DNA of 64,000 nt from a bacterium. Lineage in GTDB: Bacteria; Zhuqueibacterota; Zhuqueibacteria; Residuimicrobiales; Krinioviventaceae. The position numbers were made by a program, and so were the translations under genes. The stretch is from NCBI GenBank assembly GCA_963675755.2, contig CAXXMD010000003.1:608001-672000 (forward strand), written 5' to 3'. This document shows, in pieces, positions 60,028-64,000 of this stretch. The stretch's first letter is position 1. Every line of letters starts with the position of its first letter. Below the pieces are notes generated by a model that searched no databases, was not told where the DNA came from, and saw only the letters and a list, made by a program, of their open reading frames with translations.

Positions 60028-63000
60028 ATGCTGAACCGAAAAATCCCCAAAACGATTATAATGCTGTTTCTGGTTTCATTCCTTTTTACTATTAAAATAT
60101 TTGCCGGTGATGTTGATTGCATATGGACATATAAATCACCTGATATTAATTTTGATGCGTCTGCGGCTATTGGAGATGTAGACCGTGATGGTAATTTGGA
60201 TATTGTGGTTGCAAGTTTGACCGGAGATGTAATAGCACTTGACGGTTATGGACGCGAAATCTGGAAAACCGTTATGGGTAAAAGAATTACCATTGCACCT
60301 ACCCTTGTGGATGTTACAGGAGATACAGGCCTGGAAGTGCTGATATTAACCCATGAAGGCAGACTCTGCTGCCTGAATAGCCTGACCGGTGAACTGGTTT
60401 GGGAAAACAATATGCTTGAAACAATTAAATGGGCATGCATGACTGTGGTCGCCTCTGATATAGATCAGGACGGCAATATTGAAATTATTACTGCTGATGA
60501 AAAAGGGACACTTTTATGTCTTGACGGCAGCGGCAAATTAATGTGGAAGTATGTTGAAAAGGAAGGTATTGGAGCTGCTCCGGCAGTTGGCGATATTGAT
60601 GGTGATGAAAAGTCTGAGATTATTATTGCATCAGAAGATACACCCCTTATTTGCCTTGACTATGAGGGAAACGTAATATGGCGTTTTAGACCCGAAGGAG
60701 ATATCCTCAATTCTGGCCGAAAAAGCGAGGTTTCCGCACCCGTCATCTGGGACATTGATGGAGACAAGAATGCAGAAATCCTCACAGGAATGGGATATAA
60801 TCTTGCTGCTGTAAACAACAAGGGCAAGCTTTTATGGTCATATCCTATGAAAAACAGAATAGACAGTTCAATTTCCGTTGCTGATGCCGACAAAGATGGA
60901 GATGTTGAAATTTACGCGGGTGATTTATCCGGAAACTTTATATGCGTAACCCAAGATGGAAAATTAAAATGGTCAGATAAGCTGGAACGTCGGGCACGGC
61001 GCTCACCGGCAATTGCAGACATTGACGGTGATGGAAGCATTGAAGTCATTGTTGCCGGCTATGGAAGTAAAATGAATATCTATAGTTGTACCGGAGAACT
61101 GGAAAACGACCTTATACTAAAAGGTGGTACAAATGCAGCTCCAGTCGTTGCGGACCTTTGGGGTGACGGTGGATTATGTATTGTGGTTCCGGTAATTAAT
61201 GGTAACCTGATAGCGTATCGATGGGAACCGGTTATTAGTGATCCTCAGGTACTTTGGGCGGAATATCGTACCTGGCCTTCCAGATCCGCAGGAGAATTTT
61301 GCCAGAATACACGTAAAAACAGTAAAAAAGCGCGTCCTGTAAAAATGACTGATACTGAAAAACAAAAATTTGCAGATGATTTATCACATCTTTTAAAAAT
61401 AGAGGATGAAATATATCAACTATTACCCAAATTGCCTGACAGCCGGGGAATAACAGAACGCGTGTATTACTTGAGTGCGGCTATCGAAAAATCTAAAAAA
61501 TCGGTCAAGGATGTTTCCAAACTTGAACCAATCAAAAGACGAGAATTGCGAGACAATTTATCTGACTGGACGAAAGAGTTTGAAAATCAGTTAACAATAA
61601 TAAATCTTGTTACCGAAAAAAATGAAATTCTATGTGCCAATGCGGCTAATCCATGGACACCCTTTGTTGGAATGGATGAACTTGCTAAAGGCCGTACATC
61701 AGAATCAAACCTGTCTGTTGAAGCGTTCCAGGGAGAATTTGAATCAGCCGCAGTAAATTTGTTTAATTTCAGCGGCAGCGCGCGTACGCTTCGTGTCATG
61801 TTTGATGAATTTTCTGCTCCAACAGGATCAGATGCTGTTTCAACTGATGATGTATTTACTTTGCGGGAAGTTGTTAGCGTACCCACACAGGATTCTGACC
61901 TTTCTGCTGACCCGCTTCCCGAGTTGAATACGGGAAACCTGATTGTTGTTCCCGCCTGGGACGCAAGACAACTGTGGATCACCGTCAATACAACCAAACT
62001 CACACCCGGCACCTGGAAAGCCAAAATACATTTAAAAAGCCTTGATGTCCAATTTGTTGAAACCACTGTTGAATTAAATATTAAAATTTGGGATGTTCCT
62101 CTGCCTAAAGAGAAACCTTTGCATTTGTGTAACTGGAGTAGAACCGAGTACCCGAATGGCACCTTTGAAGACCAGCTTGCACATGGTGTTGACCTTTTCC
62201 CACGTACGGTTCCTGCAACAGCAACATTTGACGAGTCAGGAGAAATTACAAATATTGATTATACTGAACATGATAAATTCATGGCCAAACATGCGCCACA
62301 CGGTATCGCTCTTTTTCACAGCTTTGTAAAACTGAATGGTCCATCCCCTGCTTTTTCGGATCCATGGATAAAAGCGTATAAAAGTTTTATTCCCCAATGG
62401 GTTGAACATTTAAAAGACCTGGGGTATGGATATGATAAATTTGTCTTTTATCCCCAGGATGAACCCGGACTTGAGCATGGTAAAAATGTAGCCAACTTTT
62501 TGAAATGGGCAAAATTGGTCCGCAGTATTGACAAGAACATCCTGATTTATGCGAATCCTGTTCAGCATATTACCATGGAACAACTCGGAGAAATTGCGCC
62601 ATATGTTGATATCTGGGCGCCTTTATCAACAATGACTTTCCCAAAAGAACAATTGGATTTCATTCACTCTACCAACAAACAATTCTGGAATTATAATTGT
62701 TCAGACAATGGCAAGAAATTGTCCCCGTTGAATTATTACCGCGGACAAGCCTGGATGTGCTGGGATTTTGGACATACCGGTATAGGATTCTGGACCTATT
62801 TTTCCACACCCAAAACCTGGTTTCAACCGGAAGCAGGTTTTGAATACGATATGGTTTATGATGGAAAAGGCGTTGTTACCAGCAAACGTTGGGAAGCCGT
62901 TCGTGACGGTGTAGAAGATTATTCACTATTATATGCGCTCAGAATTGCTACAGAGTCCGCAGAACAAAACAATGCTCCAAAAGAGCTGATAGAAAAAGCA

Positions 63001-63159
63001 CGTCACGTCTATATTGATAAAGCGGCTATCATTGCAGGGTTTTATAAAAAGCATAAAAATAATATAATTATTGACGGATACGATGATGATGCAAAATGGG
63101 CGGAAATCACAAATATCCGTAGAGATATTGCAGAATTGCTCTCTGAACTGTCAGATTAA
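60028..63159 (+). CDS. FG-GAP/PQQ-like beta-propeller fused to a GH123/DUF4091-like catalytic domain
   Basis: Repeated (G/A)DxDxDG..EI blades; GEFESA, QLWITV, YPQDEPG, WNYNC, GIGFWTY, SKRWEAVRDGVEDY. Confidence 0.72.
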   Translation: MLNRKIPKTIIMLFLVSFLFTIKIFAGDVDCIWTYKSPDINFDASAAIGDVDRDGNLDIVVASLTGDVIALDGYGREIWKTVMGKRITIAPTLVDVTGDTGLEVLILTHEGRLCCLNSLTGELVWENNMLETIKWACMTVVASDIDQDGNIEIITADEKGTLLCLDGSGKLMWKYVEKEGIGAAPAVGDIDGDEKSEIIIASEDTPLICLDYEGNVIWRFRPEGDILNSGRKSEVSAPVIWDIDGDKNAEILTGMGYNLAAVNNKGKLLWSYPMKNRIDSSISVADADKDGDVEIYAGDLSGNFICVTQDGKLKWSDKLERRARRSPAIADIDGDGSIEVIVAGYGSKMNIYSCTGELENDLILKGGTNAAPVVADLWGDGGLCIVVPVINGNLIAYRWEPVISDPQVLWAEYRTWPSRSAGEFCQNTRKNSKKARPVKMTDTEKQKFADDLSHLLKIEDEIYQLLPKLPDSRGITERVYYLSAAIEKSKKSVKDVSKLEPIKRRELRDNLSDWTKEFENQLTIINLVTEKNEILCANAANPWTPFVGMDELAKGRTSESNLSVEAFQGEFESAAVNLFNFSGSARTLRVMFDEFSAPTGSDAVSTDDVFTLREVVSVPTQDSDLSADPLPELNTGNLIVVPAWDARQLWITVNTTKLTPGTWKAKIHLKSLDVQFVETTVELNIKIWDVPLPKEKPLHLCNWSRTEYPNGTFEDQLAHGVDLFPRTVPATATFDESGEITNIDYTEHDKFMAKHAPHGIALFHSFVKLNGPSPAFSDPWIKAYKSFIPQWVEHLKDLGYGYDKFVFYPQDEPGLEHGKNVANFLKWAKLVRSIDKNILIYANPVQHITMEQLGEIAPYVDIWAPLSTMTFPKEQLDFIHSTNKQFWNYNCSDNGKKLSPLNYYRGQAWMCWDFGHTGIGFWTYFSTPKTWFQPEAGFEYDMVYDGKGVVTSKRWEAVRDGVEDYSLLYALRIATESAEQNNAPKELIEKARHVYIDKAAIIAGFYKKHKNNIIIDGYDDDAKWAEITNIRRDIAELLSELSD

Positions 63160-63274
63160 TTTTGCCTGAACCAATTAGACCGGTAAAAAATCTCAAACAA
63201 ATGGTAACAATTTGCCAAGCATATATATTTGAGACACACAATAGCCGGGTCTGTATTTTACAGACTAGTGTTTC

Positions 63275-63303
63275 AAAAGCCCCTGATAATCACAGGGGCT
63301 TTT
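63275..63303. terminator. Bidirectional terminator between convergent genes
   Basis: AAAAGCCCCTG-ataatca-CAGGGGCTTTT. Confidence 0.8.
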
Positions 63304-64000
63304 ATTTCGCAAGTACCATCTTACCGGTTGCGTTGTATTCACCTGCCTGGATTCTATATAAATAAATTCCTGTTGAGTATTGCAAAGCATTCCAGACAAT
63401 CCTGTGTCGGCCAGTTACCATCAATTCTTCAGCCAACTCCTCCATTAACTGGCCGGCAATATTATACACTGATATTTTTACATAACACGCTTTGGGTAAA
63501 TCAAAAATAATATAGGTTTCAGGGTTAAAAGGATTTGGATAATTCGGCAACAATTCAAATCTGTCCGGCAACTCTGTGCTCATGTTAGATGTAATATCTG
63601 TATCAATCCGGGTTATCAATTCATCAACAATTGAAAGTCCATTCACCTGGTATACATTTGGTGAACCTTCCTCAAAAACAACATTGGCCATAAACTCTTG
63701 ATTTTCAGATTTGGACCATACACAAAACCTCAACGTGTCTCCAACAATAAATCCATCAGGGTCTTCTGTTTGTTGGTTATCACCCCATACCGTGATAGCC
63801 AGATTAGCACCTTCCCAAACTGCAGCACCACAACATATTTGCTCTGAATTCAAAACACCTATTTCATCACCGTTTTGCAGCAGCGTTCCGTCTGCATATT
63901 TTGGCGGCTTTTCATATGTAATCACAACTGTTGCATTTTCACCTGTGTTTGAAACAAATTCAAAATGCTCAGGAGGTGTTGTTTCCGCGTGATGAAGAAT
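63302..64000 (-). CDS. 3' end of a secreted CTD-bearing protein, truncated by window edge
   Basis: Frame is open from base 64000 (ILHHAETTPPEHFEFVSNTGENAT...GDEIGV...WGD...DGF..GD) to the NYPNPFNP...STGIYLYRI CTD. Confidence 0.8.
   Translation of the reverse strand: MLHHAETTPPEHFEFVSNTGENATVVITYEKPPKYADGTLLQNGDEIGVLNSEQICCGAAVWEGANLAITVWGDNQQTEDPDGFIVGDTLRFCVWSKSENQEFMANVVFEEGSPNVYQVNGLSIVDELITRIDTDITSNMSTELPDRFELLPNYPNPFNPETYIIFDLPKACYVKISVYNIAGQLMEELAEELMVTGRHRIVWNALQYSTGIYLYRIQAGEYNATGKMVLAK

Noticed and set aside
61587-62162. 191-aa antisense ORF and the many other short nested ORFs in the track
   Set aside because: They are shadow frames of well-supported genes on the opposite strand or in another frame.

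Overview
AT-rich bacterial window with no rRNA, tRNA or CRISPR array. Several secreted proteins carry a 'YPNPFNP' FlgD/T9SS-type C-terminal domain (CTD), the two TonB-dependent receptors lack SusD partners, and there is a PorV-like barrel. This suggests a non-Bacteroidota FCB lineage such as KSB1/Calditrichota (inference). There are three blocks. (1) 1-28970, minus strand: a large glycan-utilisation locus (GH31, two lyase-like proteins, CE7, GH29, GH109, GH3, Gfo/Idh/MocA, GH28, esterase, repeat and beta-helix CTD proteins, TBDT) headed by an AgaR-AgaS-PfkB-GatZ/KbaZ-DMT galactosamine/tagatose module. (2) 29.3-34.0 kb: an array of orphan RHS toxin-tip/immunity cassettes separated by four copies of a composite structured non-coding repeat. 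In the middle cassette a cargo gene bounded by inverted GTAG-REP-like hairpins sits where the toxin would be. (3) 34.2-63.2 kb, plus strand: pgm, LacI, a BT1754-type hybrid two-component system, then TBDT + large CTD protein + PorV + C-type-lectin lipoprotein + chaperone-like lipoprotein + a triple-repeat CTD protein, a chorismatase-like Rid protein, a CxxCH TolB/TPR protein and two unclassified glycosidase-like proteins. All calls come from motif recognition by eye; no database searches were run.
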